63,165 nt of DNA from Psammoneis japonica (taxonomy: Eukaryota). The notes beneath the pieces are model-generated. The model saw only the letters and a list, made by a program, of their open reading frames with translations. It did not search any database and was not told where the DNA came from. Positions 35,701 through 50,084 of the stretch are shown piece after piece. Position numbers and translations under genes: made by a program. The stretch lies in NCBI GenBank assembly GCA_008632985.1, contig QPGO01000205.1, forward strand, positions 62,001-125,165, read 5' to 3'. Position 1 is the stretch's first letter, and each line of letters opens with the position of its first letter.

Positions 35701-37199
35701 TCCACCGTCTTCACTCGACCTGCTCCTCTTGTGTGGAACAACCTGTCCAACGCATGTTTTTTGCTCTTGCTGCGACTGTGAGCTGCCCTGCATTTGGCGG
35801 TGATGCTCGTGATGCATGTGCACACTCCCCGCGACCATCACACCCCGTCCATGTTGCCATCAATGAAGCACATGCCACTTGGCACAAGGCTTGGTTTGGC
35901 ATTGATTTGGACAGGACCACGGTGCTTCCAATGCAACATGCACTTCAAGGACACCCAGAAGCTGGCATGCTCTGGGAGACGCACATCAACGGTGTTTCAT
36001 CCGATGTGAATCTGCTTTTTTGCAATGCCACTCATGACAAATGCATCTGTTCTGCTGCTTTTGAGGGACACAAGATCTTGCTCCTCCACCAGGTTGATGA
36101 CTTCTCCCTTGCATGTCCTGAAGAGTCCCTTGCGATCAAGATGCATGACAAGATTGGCAAAGCTCTTCAATTGGAATTGGAAGCTTCTCCGCCTTTCAAG
36201 CATCTTGGCGTGATTGAAGAATTCAATGGAGTGGACATCCATCAATGTGATGATTCCATTGGCATTGCTGTTCACAGCTGTGTTGATCGGGTTTGCACTT
36301 CACATGGATGGTCGACACCGACAGACGAAGAACTCATCAATGACTGCAAGGCTGCGCCAATTCCGGTTGACTCTGTTCGTGAACTGCACACTGCTGTTGG
36401 TCCAGCTGAAGGAACCCCGGAACATGCGGAGTTGCAACAGGCTGCTGGCTTTGGGCGCCGCACTCTCCTTGGTGAATTGTTGCACGCGCATGTTGTCTGT
36501 CGCTTGGACATTGGCTGTGCTGTCACTGCTCTCTCCAAGTTCTCCACCTGCCCTGCTTTGGTTCCCTGTGATGCACTCAAGGGCGCATGCAAGTGCCTTC
36601 GACGCACCAAGCATTGGGAACTGAATTACAAGAAGCCTGCCCGAGACTCAAGGCTGCCCGCCTGCCCCTTCGAACGTCTCACTCCGGACCCGACACTGCC
36701 TTCATTCCCTTTCCCGGAATGTGATCATCAACTTGTTGCTTTTTTGGATGCTGCATGTGGCAATGACCTCCGCAACCGTTGCTCTACGACCGGCTGTGCT
36801 TGCATGTTAGCCGGTGCTGCCACATCCTTTCGATGCAAGACCCAATCGGTGACTGCCGCGAGTTCTACAGAAGCTGAACTCCACGCTGCTGGCACTGCTG
36901 CCAAGCATGTCCTTTGCCTTCGTCACATCCTGCATGATTCAGGCTTCCCTCAGACGAAGGCAACCCTGTTGTGCATTGACAACGAATCGGCGATCAAGAT
37001 CATCAATCACTCGATCCCGACCGAGCGATCCCGTCACACTGAGATCCAGTTTTTTGCAATCCAAGAATGGAAGGAAGCAGGCAAGATTGTCGCAAGACAC
37101 ATTTCTGGCATTGTCAACCCTGGCGATGACCTCACCAAGGCCCTTGGCTGGGTGCCACATGCTTGCCATGCTCGACGCATGATGGGACACTGCTGTTGA
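32767..37199 (+). pseudogene. Copia-B pol in the -1 frame relative to gag; frameshift near 35700
   Basis: LDTGA, WHQRLGH, DQGGEL, ALQGHPEAG, HQVDDF, FLDAA, SSTEAEL motifs. Confidence 0.9.
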
Positions 37200-38554
37200 C
37201 ATTTTTTCTGTGGTGGCCTCCCTGCTGCGCATTGCCCCCTTGTTTGATGGCGCATTGGGCATGGACACTTGTCGTGTCCCATGTCTGGTCTCTCTGTTTC
37301 CCTGCATCATCCCCATTCTTTGGTTTGATCTGTCCCATTTTCTGTGTTGAGACATTGCAGATCAGGGGAGGGTGTCAGCCTGCTCATCCACATGTCGCAT
37401 GATGGACAGACTGGATGCAGATGAGGGCCAGACCATTTGGATGGACGAGCAGATCTCTCTGAGATCTGCTTCTCACTTTCTCATCTGCTGGCACTCGTGT
37501 CATCACAGTCCTGGTGCTTTGGGGAGTCTTTCACACCTCTGTCATTGTCGACCTTCGGCACTCTGTCACTTCACGCTTGTTGACAGAGACAGCGCATGCA
37601 CCCACAATCTTGTTGCGAGCAGCACGGAGGGAAGAGAATGAGGATGCCGCAGGACTAAAAGATCCTTTGGGGGACATTTCATGGTGCATGCAACAGTCGT
37701 TGCAAAAGGATTCAACGAAGAGGCAAACACAGGAACGGTGGTGTCCTGTGTTTCAGCTGGAAAAGGCTGACCATTTTCCACACACTGCAAATGGATGGCA
37801 TTGGGAGGAAGTTGATCCAAAAATGGATCATTCATGCCTTCATTGCAGTGCACATGCTTGGCCGTCTTGACTTTGTCAGTCTCAGGATCCCACCACATGA
37901 CATTCTTCAGGGTGTTTGGAAGGCAACCAAGGAATGCGCCCTTTTTGGAATTGGTCCGGAAGGAGGCAGAACAAGCAGTGGACCGTTGGACCACACTCAA
38001 CATCCGAAAGTCTTGAGAGCAGCAAAATCTTCGACCTTTCTGGTGGCAAGAGTGATGGGTGCCACATCTTGATCTTTTGCAGGAGTGGCATTCTTGATGC
38101 GGAGGTGATGGTAAAATGCACAGGGCCAGAATCGAATCGGAAGGTTGGCGCCAATTAAAATCGCACAAATCGCGTTTTCAATGGTTGAGTGTGAGCATTC
38201 AACAGGTCCACATTGGTTGGATGTGCCAGCGCCAGAAGGACAGATGTCACACTGGAATTCTCGTTCAAAGAGGTCACAAACTTTGGGGTTTTGTACAATT
38301 CCCCACCTTGGTCCACAAACACACACTCATCACGACAATTTGGTGAATGTTGATCCAAGAATCGGCAAAGCCACTTGAGAGGACTGGCTTTGGAAACCCT
38401 TGCCACTCCATGGAGCATCCGTGTGCAATGATCGTAGACAAAACAAAACCAAACTTCCACATTTTAAGTGCTGCTGCACTTCCACCCTGCAACTCCGGCA
38501 ACAAGCTGACCCACACCCCCAGTGCACTGTCTGTGCGGCAGGAGCAAATGGCGA

Positions 38555-41500
38555 TTAGCCGAGATCGGCGTCACCCGAGGGTGACGCCGCGCCAAAGTAA
38601 CTTGCAATGGCTCTGGTGCCTCTTGCAGCCAGCCGTTTGGCTTCCCACATGCTCGATTTAAAGACTGGTTTGAACATTGCCAGCCAGCCACGAATCTCAT
38701 GTGTTGAGTGTGTCAAATGGTCTTCCACCGAATCCAAAAGGAGCGCCTTGTCTTTAGCCAGGTGATCGTCCACACGAGAACAAATGGCTTTGACTTCTGC
38801 TTCGGCGTCTCGTCTTTGAGAAGACTTCCTAGTTTCAGAATCGTGTCCGTGTGCAGCGTCGTTGTGATCGTCCCACAGGTCCCACCACTGCTCCCATGTG
38901 AAGTTCCCAATCGTTGCAGCCCAGTCCAACCTTTTCTGCTTGTCTGTTGGGGACCGATGAGTGCCGCTCGAAAGAAGACAGGAGGTTTGTGTCACGTTCC
39001 AATGAACTGAAAAGCGGCCATTGAACAGATGACGCCATCCAATTTCTCCCTGAGAATGGAAGACCGCCAGTGCGCTATGATGAAACTGTGCAGAACACAG
39101 CATCTCACCTTGAAACCAGGCCTCGACAGCCGAAATGATCAGGTCTCGCAATGACGGGGACGCATGGATGTCGTCACACTTCCTTCGTAAGCCTTGTAGA
39201 AACTTTTGGCACCAAGCGTCATTGTGAGGACAATGGAGAACATGGTCTCTATCTTCCATCGGGTCTTGACAGTGAATGCAACAGTCAGGACGGACCGGAT
39301 CATGTCTGTGTGCGATTTTGTTGGTGGGCAAAAGGTCTTGTGCCAGCTTGATGGTGCTGACTTTACGACGGATGTTGCGAGACATCAGTTTGGCGTGCAC
39401 TTCCCAGTCAATCGAATCATGTGCTTCATCAGACCAGTTGCACTTCTCTTTCATGTGCTGAATTAGCGCAGGACTCGATGCCTGACATCGGACAACTGGT
39501 TTGCATTTGGAAGAAACTGCAGCACCTTGGAGAATCAGATTGGCTCGACAATGAGGCATGCGGGGAGCAACATGAGTGTTGCCCGTAAATCGACCTTGGA
39601 ATTGTCCAGCGAGTCTGTCGGCGTGCATGTTCAGCTTGGCCGCCAAAGAGAGAGAATCAACGGGAAGGACATCGTCTTGGTGTCCCTTCACCCAGTGAAT
39701 CTCGACTGCAGGACACTGCGGTTCATCAGTGCGCACTTCTGACAGCTGTTCAAGGGACTGAAAAACCTCGTTGACAATGTCCCAATCCGGAGAGAGAGTG
39801 TTGGCAATGTGAAAACGCCAGTGGAAATCCCTTGGATCTCCTCCTCATTGGAAGGATGAGGTGTTACGTGGAAGTTCGAGATGGTGCGAATGAGAGCGGA
39901 ATTGTCACAATGCAAGTCAGCGCCGCTGACCTGCATGGAACAGTGTTCTGACAATCAGATTGGGAAACGGAGAAAAGACAGGAGACCGCATGCTTCAGCA
40001 CGATAAGAAGATGGACGAAATCCGAAGACTGGACCTGCACAATCCACCAGGGGAATCCCATCGATTGCGAGTGTCCACCCAAAAGTGCCTTGAAAATGGA
40101 GGACGGATCCATCACTTCCTGCTGAAGTCCTTTGGTTGCAAGGATCTCAGCGATTTCAAATGCAGACCGATGTAGACACAGGTCTATGAACAGAGCGGAT
40201 TCCCACCGGGAAAGAGACCGCAGCACAGCCAGGAAGTCATTGGGGACAGGAGGGACGGCCGGCAAGGATGCTGGAGAGCCGAGTGACTGGATCCGCCACA
40301 AACCAGTTTCTGTCGTGTCGACTGGAACAGGGGAGGCAGCAGGGGAAAGATCTGGCACAGTTTCCAAAGCAGCAAGAGTCTCCGCACGACCTTGAGTCAC
40401 TGGGAAAATCTCAAAACCCGAATCTCCACGAATGTGCAAGTGAGCTTCAGAGGGTTCATAGCATGCAACGTGTGTCACGCGCATTTCCGTGGCTGAAACG
40501 ACCCATTGACCCAAAGGATGTCTAAGATCAAGTGAGGCTGGTTTGCAAAACAAGGAACAGGCTCTTCGCCACTGTTTCCATGCCCGGGTAGATGGACGTT
40601 GCTGTTCGATGGGATTCAGAACACTGCGACTGCTGAGAAGGGACGATCGGCCGTCGACTTTAAAGGAATCCAGCGAAAAACCATCTGGCGAGGAAATGTC
40701 CGAAAGAGTCAAAACATTGAGATATAGTCGACAGCAGTTGATCCACCGCATCTCACGATCACTGAATGCCTGGGACTGAAGTGCAACGTCCATCATGCAT
40801 TGATCGTTGTCTCTCTGCAGTGGAAGAACTCCGGTGCAATCGCAATCAATAGAGGCATCGATCCTAGCCAAAAATGATTGGAGTGACATGAACCACCGTG
40901 ATTCCGAATGCGGGAGCTTGGTGCGCACATCTTGAAGAAAGCTGACGCCGGTTCCAATTTGAAACTGGATCCACGACACTGCGACACGAGATAACGCTTG
41001 AGGCTGGCCAGTGCCTCGCCAGTGTTTGAGAAACTGCAGGACTTGAGCCACTCCCTGTTCTACGTCTAAAGAACGAAAACCTCCTCCTCCGAGGGAACAG
41101 GGTCCGAACAGTGCGTCACGTTTGGAATTTCGGTTGTATCCACATTTGGCAAAAATGGTGCGCATGGCCTTTCGTTGCATTTCCAGCAACTCTTTCTCCT
41201 TGAAGTGAGTGTTCGGAAGAACGTACGTGGTCGCTGACAGGCAACAAGCAAAATGGTGTGTCCAGGCCTCGTGTCGATCCAGAGGACAAGACCGAAGAAA
41301 TGATGCCACTCCATCGCTCTTTTGTTTGAGAGCCAAGCATTGAGTCTTTTGTGTGCCAGCCGGAGCTTTGCAGTGGCCAAGTGTCTTGTGTGAAGAGCAA
41401 GCGGACAGTTGTTTGCTGGACCATTTCGTAGAGTGGTCTGCCGAAGAAATTTCAATGTCAATTTCCTCATTGCAGGGTCGGAGGTGAGGTTCGCCGTCTT

Positions 41501-44432
41501 CTGTAAACAGCCATTTGATGGCGTGAAAGGAGCATTTGGGCAGTTCTAACTCGTGGCCGGCCGCGTTCAAAAGATCACACCATAACTGATTGTCTTCCTG
41601 CATCTTAAGAGCCACATCCAGAATGCAAGGTTGAGGGGACGCACAGAAATCATTCACCTGCTTGGATGTGTCGTCGACGTGTCCTCGACCAAACAGTTGT
41701 AACGAGAGAGATCGGTCTGGTGTTTCGAAGTGTGCACCATGTGCGTGTTGATCGAAGATCTGGAACAAGCTGCTGCAAATTTGGTTCCAACAAAACGGAG
41801 AGTTTCCACTACCTTGTCCAGTGCCGTAGATCGGGAAGTCGTCGGAGTGTGAGTGAGAACGTTGAGACAGGCCCAAAACCGTGCGCAACCAACATCGAGC
41901 CTTGTGGATGGCAGCATTGGCGACTTGAGTAATTTCTTTGGGCATTCCATTGCTGCGGCTCTCTGTCGCCACCAGAGCGGGAATGTTCCGATCGCAACAC
42001 GAGGTGCAGTCATCGTCACTGTGGACAGCAGACTTGCGGGAAGCTCGACTGATCTCCAGCATGAGTTCTTCAAGATAGACAGGAGCATTGGCATTTAAAA
42101 AAGCGCGAGTGCCACAAATCCCTGGGTTGTGCAATCGGCGGTTTTCCATGTTTTGGGCCAGAGCGCGCCACTTGACACTTGACATCAATTGAAAGTCAGC
42201 TTCACAGATGTGGATGACACGGAGACGATGAATCTTGTTGTTGCCCGGCTCTTTAAAAATCATGACGTTTACGATGTCTTGCCAGCGGTGAAACAAATCC
42301 CCCATCGAAGGGCGCAATTAAGCAGATTCAACCGAATTTGAACAAGGGACTGTTGAACTTCGTCGAGAGCCTCTCTTTCAGGAGTGGGGTTGCCATCGGA
42401 GTCTGCAGCTTCCGAAAATCGATGATGAGCATACATTGCCTTCCAATGACCAAGATGCAGGCCAGAATGAAGGGATGCAGGGTGGATTCTTTCCAACGTT
42501 TTATTTTCCCTTCGAGATCTGAAGCAGAAAGAAGACTTGACATGGATGCGGGAGACCTGCGGCGCAGGTGTTTGATGAAAAGGGCGGTTGCATCATCCAA
42601 AGCCGATGCATCGCACTCTCCATCGAGAATGAGATCCGCGGCAATGGAGTCTCCTTCATGACCAAGGTCAATGGACAACGGAGGGATCGTGGGTGGTGTG
42701 CCTTGTGCTCGACCAAAATGTTTCTGGCTCCTTTGACGGAGAGCAGTTGCAACCTCTTCCGGAGCATCAACAGTGATCCAATCTTGACATTCCTTGGGAG
42801 GGATAGAAGAATGGCGGGGAACTTGCCGCTGTGTGCACCAGTGTCCCTCTGAGCGTGGACAAGAGTCGATCTTCTTGAACAACTTCTTCATTTCTTCTGC
42901 CTTGCGGATGTTGTGCAAAATGGAAGCCTGCTTGCGGGACTCCTTGCACCTTCCAGGTCCAGTGCTGCTGTCCTCTCGGAAACCTCCTGTTCACGTTGCA
43001 CCACACATTCAGCCGCCAAGCGCTTGCAGTCATGCTGAGCAGTGCGCAAAGCTTCTTGACACCCTTGCAATGCATCCGGGATTGTGAAGGATCCGCTGAG
43101 TTTGTCCCGAATCGATCGAATCTGAGAGACGCAGTCCAGTTTTGTCCTCATCATGGACCAGGCGGGAAAAGACACAAACCCGACACCGCAGATCAGCAAG
43201 TTCGACTGACCAGTCTGGTTCCCGGTGAATGCGGCATTTCTCAGCAGCAGCAAGGGAGAACTGTAAAAGATCACGGTCTGACCGTTCAGCCAGTGCATGA
43301 TCCGGTGCGTCGAGTTCCGACAACTGATTGGACCGTGCCAGTGCTCCACGACTTTGAAGCACAGGACCTGTGGCCTGAAGATGGGTGGCAAGCTGAGGTT
43401 TGGAAGTTGCCTGAATGTCCCCAAAGGATGCCTTGGGTAAATCGACAGTCGGGTTGCCGAAAAGGGCCACCGTGTCAAAGTCCACGAAACAGCACGGTGA
43501 TCAGACGTAACTCGACAGCCGAAGGCTTCGTAACCACCGAAACGAGCAGCAGCGAGAGCACCTGGTGATGCGAGGACGCAGTCAAGGCGCCTGGAACCCC
43601 TCGTGCATGTAGAGAACGCGTTGGCACCCACAATGTTGAACAGAACGTCTGACAAATTGAAACGCTGAGCAACGGCAGCCAAAGAGTCAGTGTCACAGGT
43701 GAAATCGGCATTAAAGTCTCCAAAAATGATCACTTCCCGATTAGGTTCTGTCAGAAAATCTTGCAAAACTCGAGACAGGTCAGTGCAAAAGGCCTTTCTT
43801 GGATCAAGAGTTCGACGGCCAAGTTGCCGGAGGAGAGCCATTTGTTGAGCGTTGCCGTTGTTTTCCCTGGAAGATGCTGGCTCTTAGCACATGCGCGGTG
43901 GCAGGAAACAAACATCACCTGGCGTCCGTTCCCACCGTCGAAGACTTGAATGGACCACCGACCGAGCGGGTCTGATTCTTGAGTCTGAAATCAAGCCGAT
44001 GTCGAATTGCAAGACCAGCGAGCCGTGCCGCCTGGTTTGCACTGAGTGGCAAAGGCAGCAGAACTGCTGGAGAAGGTTGAGTGCCCATGGTGGAGGGATT
44101 TGAAAACCGTAGATCTGCACACCGATAAAATGTCAAATTGGGCAGTGTCTGACACACTTCCGAGATTCGATGACATCGGCTTGAATTTCCGAAGCAATTT
44201 GGCAATGCTCGTTCATGTCGCCTCCACGCTTGTCAAGCTTGCAACCATTCGCGTTAAAGATGCACAGGCGTGTGTGATGGGACAGCTTGGGCCGGAGTTC
44301 ATCGCCCACAGGTTCATTGGTCTTCAGTCGAGAAAAGTCAATCCGGCGCTCAGCTGGAGGGTGAAAACTGCATCCATCAAGAATGTGTTGCCAGGCAAGA
44401 GCTGTGTCGTCAGGAGAAAGCAAACCACTCAT
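38555..44432 (-). pseudogene. LINE ORF2, frameshifted
   Basis: ORFs 44133-44432, 42888-43841, 42328-42918, 39864-42317 and 38555-39736. Confidence 0.88.
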
Positions 44433-44579
44433 GATTGGGCCATGCTCCTCCGAAGAGAAGACTGAGGCTTAGAGCACTGCGTTGGCTTGGGGTTTGTTTG
44501 GAAAGAAAATTTCCGATGTCGAGAAGTCCGACGGAAAATGGAGGTTAAAGTGAGTGATGAATGAGACGGAGAAACAATG

Positions 44580-46207
44580 TCAGGAGGACGCCCAATTTCT
44601 TGAGGGGGTGGAGGCGGCGAAGTCCAACCCCTGCCTGAAAATCCGTGTCCGTTCGTTTTGGTCACCGGGGCGTTCAGGAGTTTCCACATGGTTGGGGCGT
44701 TTTCTGGCTGAACTCTGAACGGGTTGGTTCGCTTGAAGCAGTTGAACAATTTGGTTCATTTGTTCCTGCACTGCAGCCAGCTGTTGGGAATGCTGTGGCT
44801 GCATGGCGGCCATGTCCTGGGAGTGCTGTTTGGCAAAGGTGTTGTGCAAAGCTTCCACATCCTGAGAATGCTGTTGGCGGAGATCTGCTAGAGCCGAGTC
44901 GTTCTTCTGTTGCATTTGTGACAGAGTCTGTTGCACTTCCGCCATCTGCCAGAAGTGAGGGAAGAGCTGGTGGACGACTGAGTTGCTTGAGCGTAAGAAC
45001 ATGGGGGAGAGGCGATTCCAGGACATCCAGAAAAGCCGCAGGGAGTCACCGGCAAGGAGGGCTTTTGGGTAAAAATTTGCGGAGGAACCGACGGGCTTGG
45101 AGCTGTCCTCGACCTGGCATGCTGCCACGACCATGGCCTCGTCCCACAAACTGTGCCGGAGGATTCAGACGGTTAGACCTCGAGACTTGAGTGTCAGTCA
45201 ATGGAGATACGTCGGAAAAGGTCAGTGATTCCAAACTGCGAATGCCAGCGGACACAATCGATTTGCTGGTGTCTGACTGTTCTTCCAGCCTCCAGAAACG
45301 TGAGGTTGATCAGGAAATGGAGGAGACGGCCACGACTCTTTGGGGATGGTGGGAATTTGGTCCATGATGCACGTAGAGATAGCAGCACGGGCGACTTTGA
45401 AATCCGTCTGTTTGACCAAGATTCACCCTGCCGGGCGCAATGCTGGACTTGTAAATCTCGTTCACACCTGGGATGGCCTTGACATGCTCCTCAAAATAAA
45501 ACATCATGTCTGAGGAGGCACACAGAAGCGGAACCACATGGTGTCTTGATTGCGTCGGGCTTGGAGTTTAACGGCATTGTAGAAGGCGAGCGGAGACATG
45601 CAACGTGTTTTCGCCATGACGATGTGAGTCGGGAACTTATTTGAGGCATGCAGCAAGGTTTTCCCAGCTGGACGATATTCTGCTTGTTGTACTTCAATAG
45701 CATAATGACGGTGCGAAGAGGAGGAGCCAGTTGATCGTTATCCGCACGAAGAGTAGTAGGTACAAGGCGGAATTTCGGCATCTTGGACTTGAATTCGCCA
45801 AGATCCTTCGTAAACAACTTGGTAGCTTCATCGATCGGAGCATGTTTGGAAGGAGTGGCGACACAGTGAGCCGGGATTGCCGTATCGATTACCGACTCAC
45901 TCCAGTAGTGACGCTTCATGCCCACATTGTTAGAGTCTAAAATACTCTGAATGTGAGGATGAGAACGGATTTCGCGAAGGGGGACTTTAGTAAAAATTCG
46001 ATGACACAGACGGTGGGTGACGGGGCGTTTTTCCCCATGGCGAGTCGTAGAGATCGTAAAGTGACGTTCATGCTGAAGGGTTGCAATCCATTCAGCGACG
46101 TTGACATTGGTGATCTGGTTGTTGTTATTGTCCATGATCTTTACATCGGTATGGTGCGTGAATAAGATTTGCTGCAATGCTTGGAGATGAGCGGTGATGA
46201 GGGTCAT
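44580..46207 (-). pseudogene. LINE ORF1, frameshifted, with a Gln-rich coiled coil
   Basis: Lies upstream of ORF2; ORFs 45491-46207 and 44580-45149. Confidence 0.65.
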
Positions 46208-49200
46208 CGGCTTGCACGTCGCCTCGTGGCCACGAATGTCGAAGCGAAGGGCAACCTCAACGTTCTGTCACTCTTTCGGTTTGGAAGAAGTTTTGTTAGA
46301 TACATGATCAACAGTGACATCATCTGCCATGGCAGAATCGGTGTTGTTGACAGGGGCATGGCTGCCGTCGTCGACGGAACGAGATGCCATGGTGGGTCGG
46401 CAGTTCTGCGGAGGACCTGGCATTGAAAACACGCAGGTAAATTCAACACCGTCGTGCGCAGAATTGCAATGATCGTAGACAGCAATCCAACACGTTTCAT
46501 CATTGTGTCCAAGACAATCAACCTTGCGGTCTTCATTCTTGGAAGTCTGGCCAGCAAAAGCAAAATCTACAGTGAGGCCTTGGCATGGCTGGGTCGCCTT
46601 CCGAGTCGTGTTTGGTCCAGCGGGAGTCTTGACTTGCTTGGCTTGGATGCACGCAGGACACATGTCAAGTGCAGGATTGGCATGTCTGAACTTCGGGATG
46701 CCCTTGACATGCTTGCGAGCATTGCACAAGCAGTGATCGCTGGGATGTCCAAGGCGTTGATGCCACAGAAGACGTTCAGTCTCAACCTTGAGAGAGCGGA
46801 CAGGAGCAGAGGCAGACAATGGAGGGGAGACATGGGGAGCCGAGTCACACTGCATCAAAAACAGCTCAGCATCCATCAGCAAGGGATCGGATGGACTTTG
46901 TTTGACATTGACAAAAAAACTGCACGTTGACATGCATCATCAATGTCATCAACCAAGGACAAGTCAGGGGTCGTCGATGTTGAAGGGACATTGGACACAG
47001 ACGGAGGAACCAAGGGTTGTGTGAAGACCTTGCCATGTCAAAGCATGCCATGGACAATGACCTCTTGAGCATCAGCGGAAGCAGTGCAAGTGCAAGTGCC
47101 ATCGGCGTGTGTCTTCTCAAGGAGTTCGGAGCGAATGGACTGAGGTTTGAAACCAGAAGCCCGCGCAAAATCACGTTCATCAATCAAAGTGGAACGCAGG
47201 CTGGGATGGTAAAAAGTGTGCACAAGAATGAAACCTTCAGGATTGTCTGCAGGTGCCTGCAGATGCCCAAAGCCATGAGGGACCACATCAGAGCCTTCAG
47301 CAGCAGGAAGCATCTTTAAAGGACAGGGGTCATCCGGTCCAAAGGGAGCATGGGCATGGAAGAGGTTCTTGTCCCCTGCACAGGATGCCCAAGCGCCAGT
47401 GTCAATCTGTGCACAACATGTCATTGAATCACGAAGTGCATGATTGATGGGAGCAACTGGAGCAGTCAGGGATGCAAAGGTCGCAGGTGACTCCGGGGGA
47501 GAAAAAATTGGGGAGACATGCACGGCACTGAGAGGCGACAAATGTTGGGCATTGGTCACATCAAGTTGCTCAAATTCTTGGTCTTGAGCAGTGGACAAGG
47601 GGACATCAGTGTCCAGTGTAGAATGGTCCAGTGCCCTCCCCTGATTGTGATCATCAGGGTCATCATCAGGAATCGTCTTGGGATCTGGAGTGCCAGCCTT
47701 CGTCGAGCCTGAAAGAAGGTTGACAAATGATGCAGGTGAAAGAGGATCATCAGCAGAAGGTGACAAGTCAATTGGACCCTCTTTCACAGTCACCCCGCTT
47801 GCAGGAGTTTTCGGATTGGAGGAGGATGGGCGGCATTGTTCATCCAAACACAACAATGGCCCTGGGAAAAATCCTTCTTGGCCGTGTCAGATGCAAGTGC
47901 ATCACAAGCACACTGATCACGTTGGAGGAACTGGGAGAACCGAATGAGATGAGTGTGCTGGCACTCAGCATTGTTCAACACAGGACACTCATGGAACAAG
48001 TGGTTGTGACCACAAACAACACATGGACGGTTCTGTGCAATGGCAGGAGAGGACTTGATCCCACAGATGCAGGCCTTGCAGATGCCATGGAGGGCCTGTG
48101 TGCATCATCATCGGCAGGGACATCCACAGCAGCAAGTTTGTTCACAAAATGTTCCACAGTTTCCGTGGGTTCTTCTGCAGCAGAAGGTTCAGGTTCCTTG
48201 GGAGGCTCCTCAAGCACTGGAGTTGGAGGAGAGACTTCATCTTTGGGAAGGAAGTCAAGACCTTGGACAGGAGCTGCGAGAGAAGGAGTGGGCGGAGCAT
48301 GAAGATGACGTGGAGGGCATTTGGGAGGGTCCTTGACACAAAGAGCAGGACCATCCGGTTCCTTGAGAATCGCACTGACAGTTTCAACCATCTTCTTCTG
48401 GGTGAACTTGTGTTGTTGGTTCTTGTCTTCCCGGGCATCCGTTGTTTTGCGGTGAAGGTGCTCACCACAGTGGGCATTGCTGAGAAAAATGTCGAGTTCA
48501 CCAGGGTCGTCAAGGGAGGCATCAACATTGGAAATGATTGCTCGTAGCTGGAGACAGTCTCTGAACAGAGCACAGCAGCCAAGGACCACAAGATTGTTTT
48601 GGAGCAGGCAGCTCTTGATCAACTCACATGGACGCTTCGTCCAAATCAGCAGGACATCAAAGAGAATCATCTTGACAGCAGCATGTCCATCGCCACACCA
48701 TTGACGAACAATGTCAGGGTGCTTGGAGTCTGCCGGAAAAATTCCAACTTTCTGAATGCACTGGAAGACAGTCAGCTTCATTCGGTCAAGTGCTGCCGTC
48801 ATCCGGAGAGGGAGATCATTGGTTGGATCATTGCCACAGGTGAAACCCCAATTTCCACCATCCTTGATGAAACACCACAGTGGATGCATGCACACACCAC
48901 AAGCCGAGGCTTGTTGGGCGACAGCAGTGCACCATGCACGGATTCATTGAGGAGAGATGTCGCCACAAGTGAGAGGGTCATGAAGAAAAGACTTCGCATC
49001 CCAGTCAGTGCGATGAACAAAGAGAGAACCATCAGCAAGGATTGGACGTTCAGTGCCATCCTCACAACAAAGGTTTCCAGACTTGTGGGGTGCCAGAGAT
49101 TTTCCAAGCACTGCTTTCCCGGCTTCCTTGTGCTGACAGTGGGCCAGTGCATCCGTTGGAAGTCCTTTCTAATCAAAGGTGTGTAAAGCACTGGTGGCAG

Positions 49201-50084
49201 TTGAGGAAGAAGCCGCACCAGTGGCAGTCATGGCAGATGGTGCAGGAGATGATGCCTTGGGAGCAGAGTTCTTCAGTGCGTTTGTCGTGGCTTGCTCAAA
49301 CTGTTTTGGACCAGGCAAATGAGTGGCCAAGGCCTTGGCAAAGTCTTCAGGAGCAGGACCTGCAGTGGCAACCGGCGGAGGTGCAGAACTTGAGGTTGGA
49401 GATGAGTTTGAATGTGGAACATCAGAGATGTCGTCCCAACATGCATGAGACAGGAAATCAGGATGGAAGAAGAGAGAAACAGTCTCAACATGAACCGCTG
49501 TGGCATCTTGACTGTCTGAAATCGCCTTGGTCATGGCCTTCTGAAGATTGGTGAGGTTCAGACGAACCAGAGAATCTTCAGGAGCACCCACAAAGAGAGG
49601 AGCTTTATCCACAAGCGGTTTAATCCATGTGAGATCTTCAGTCAAGTTGGCCTTGGGGATGATGAGGTCATGAACAATCTTGCGACGGAGAACAGCAACA
49701 GCATCGCTCTTGAGGCCTTGAGGAGCAAATCCATCTAGAAGTTCTTCAGGAGCAGGTGTCTTGTCGGAACAATGGACGTTCAGGTGATGATGGGCATCTG
49801 GTGAGAGATGCTGGGGGTTGAGTGCAACCAGTGTCGACTTGATCTTGGTCAAATTGACGGCGTTTTGATTTTTGTTCACCATGGTTGCGCGGGAAAAAAA
49901 TCAAGTTCCCACATGGAGCTCTGGCATGTGTTCTATGGTGGTCGTTTGATCACAAATCGAGAGGTGAAAAAACAGCTGTGACAGTGATGACGATTTCAAC
50001 AAAGAAAAAATCGCCAAACCACACAACTGGCGTTGCAACAGAGGAGTGTAGAGGAAGAGGAACAGTGCACTGCTGCTCACAACC

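Larger units (their letters stand above)
30369..37568 (+). mobile_element. Ty1/Copia element (Copia-B, same lineage as Copia-A) nested in Copia-A
   Basis: 196-bp LTRs 30369-30564 and 37373-37568 (TG..CA); TSD CTTCA; PPT AGGGGAGGG. Confidence 0.96.
38441..46464 (-). mobile_element. Full-length non-LTR retrotransposon (APE-RT-RNase H; Ambal-like) inserted in the Copia-A integrase
   Basis: 17-bp TSD TGCAATGATCGTAGACA at 38424-38440 and 46465-46481; endonuclease GDFNAD/SDHR; RT GTGQGSGNSP/GHVDD; RNase H WVKGHQD; C-terminal C..C..H..C. Confidence 0.92.
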
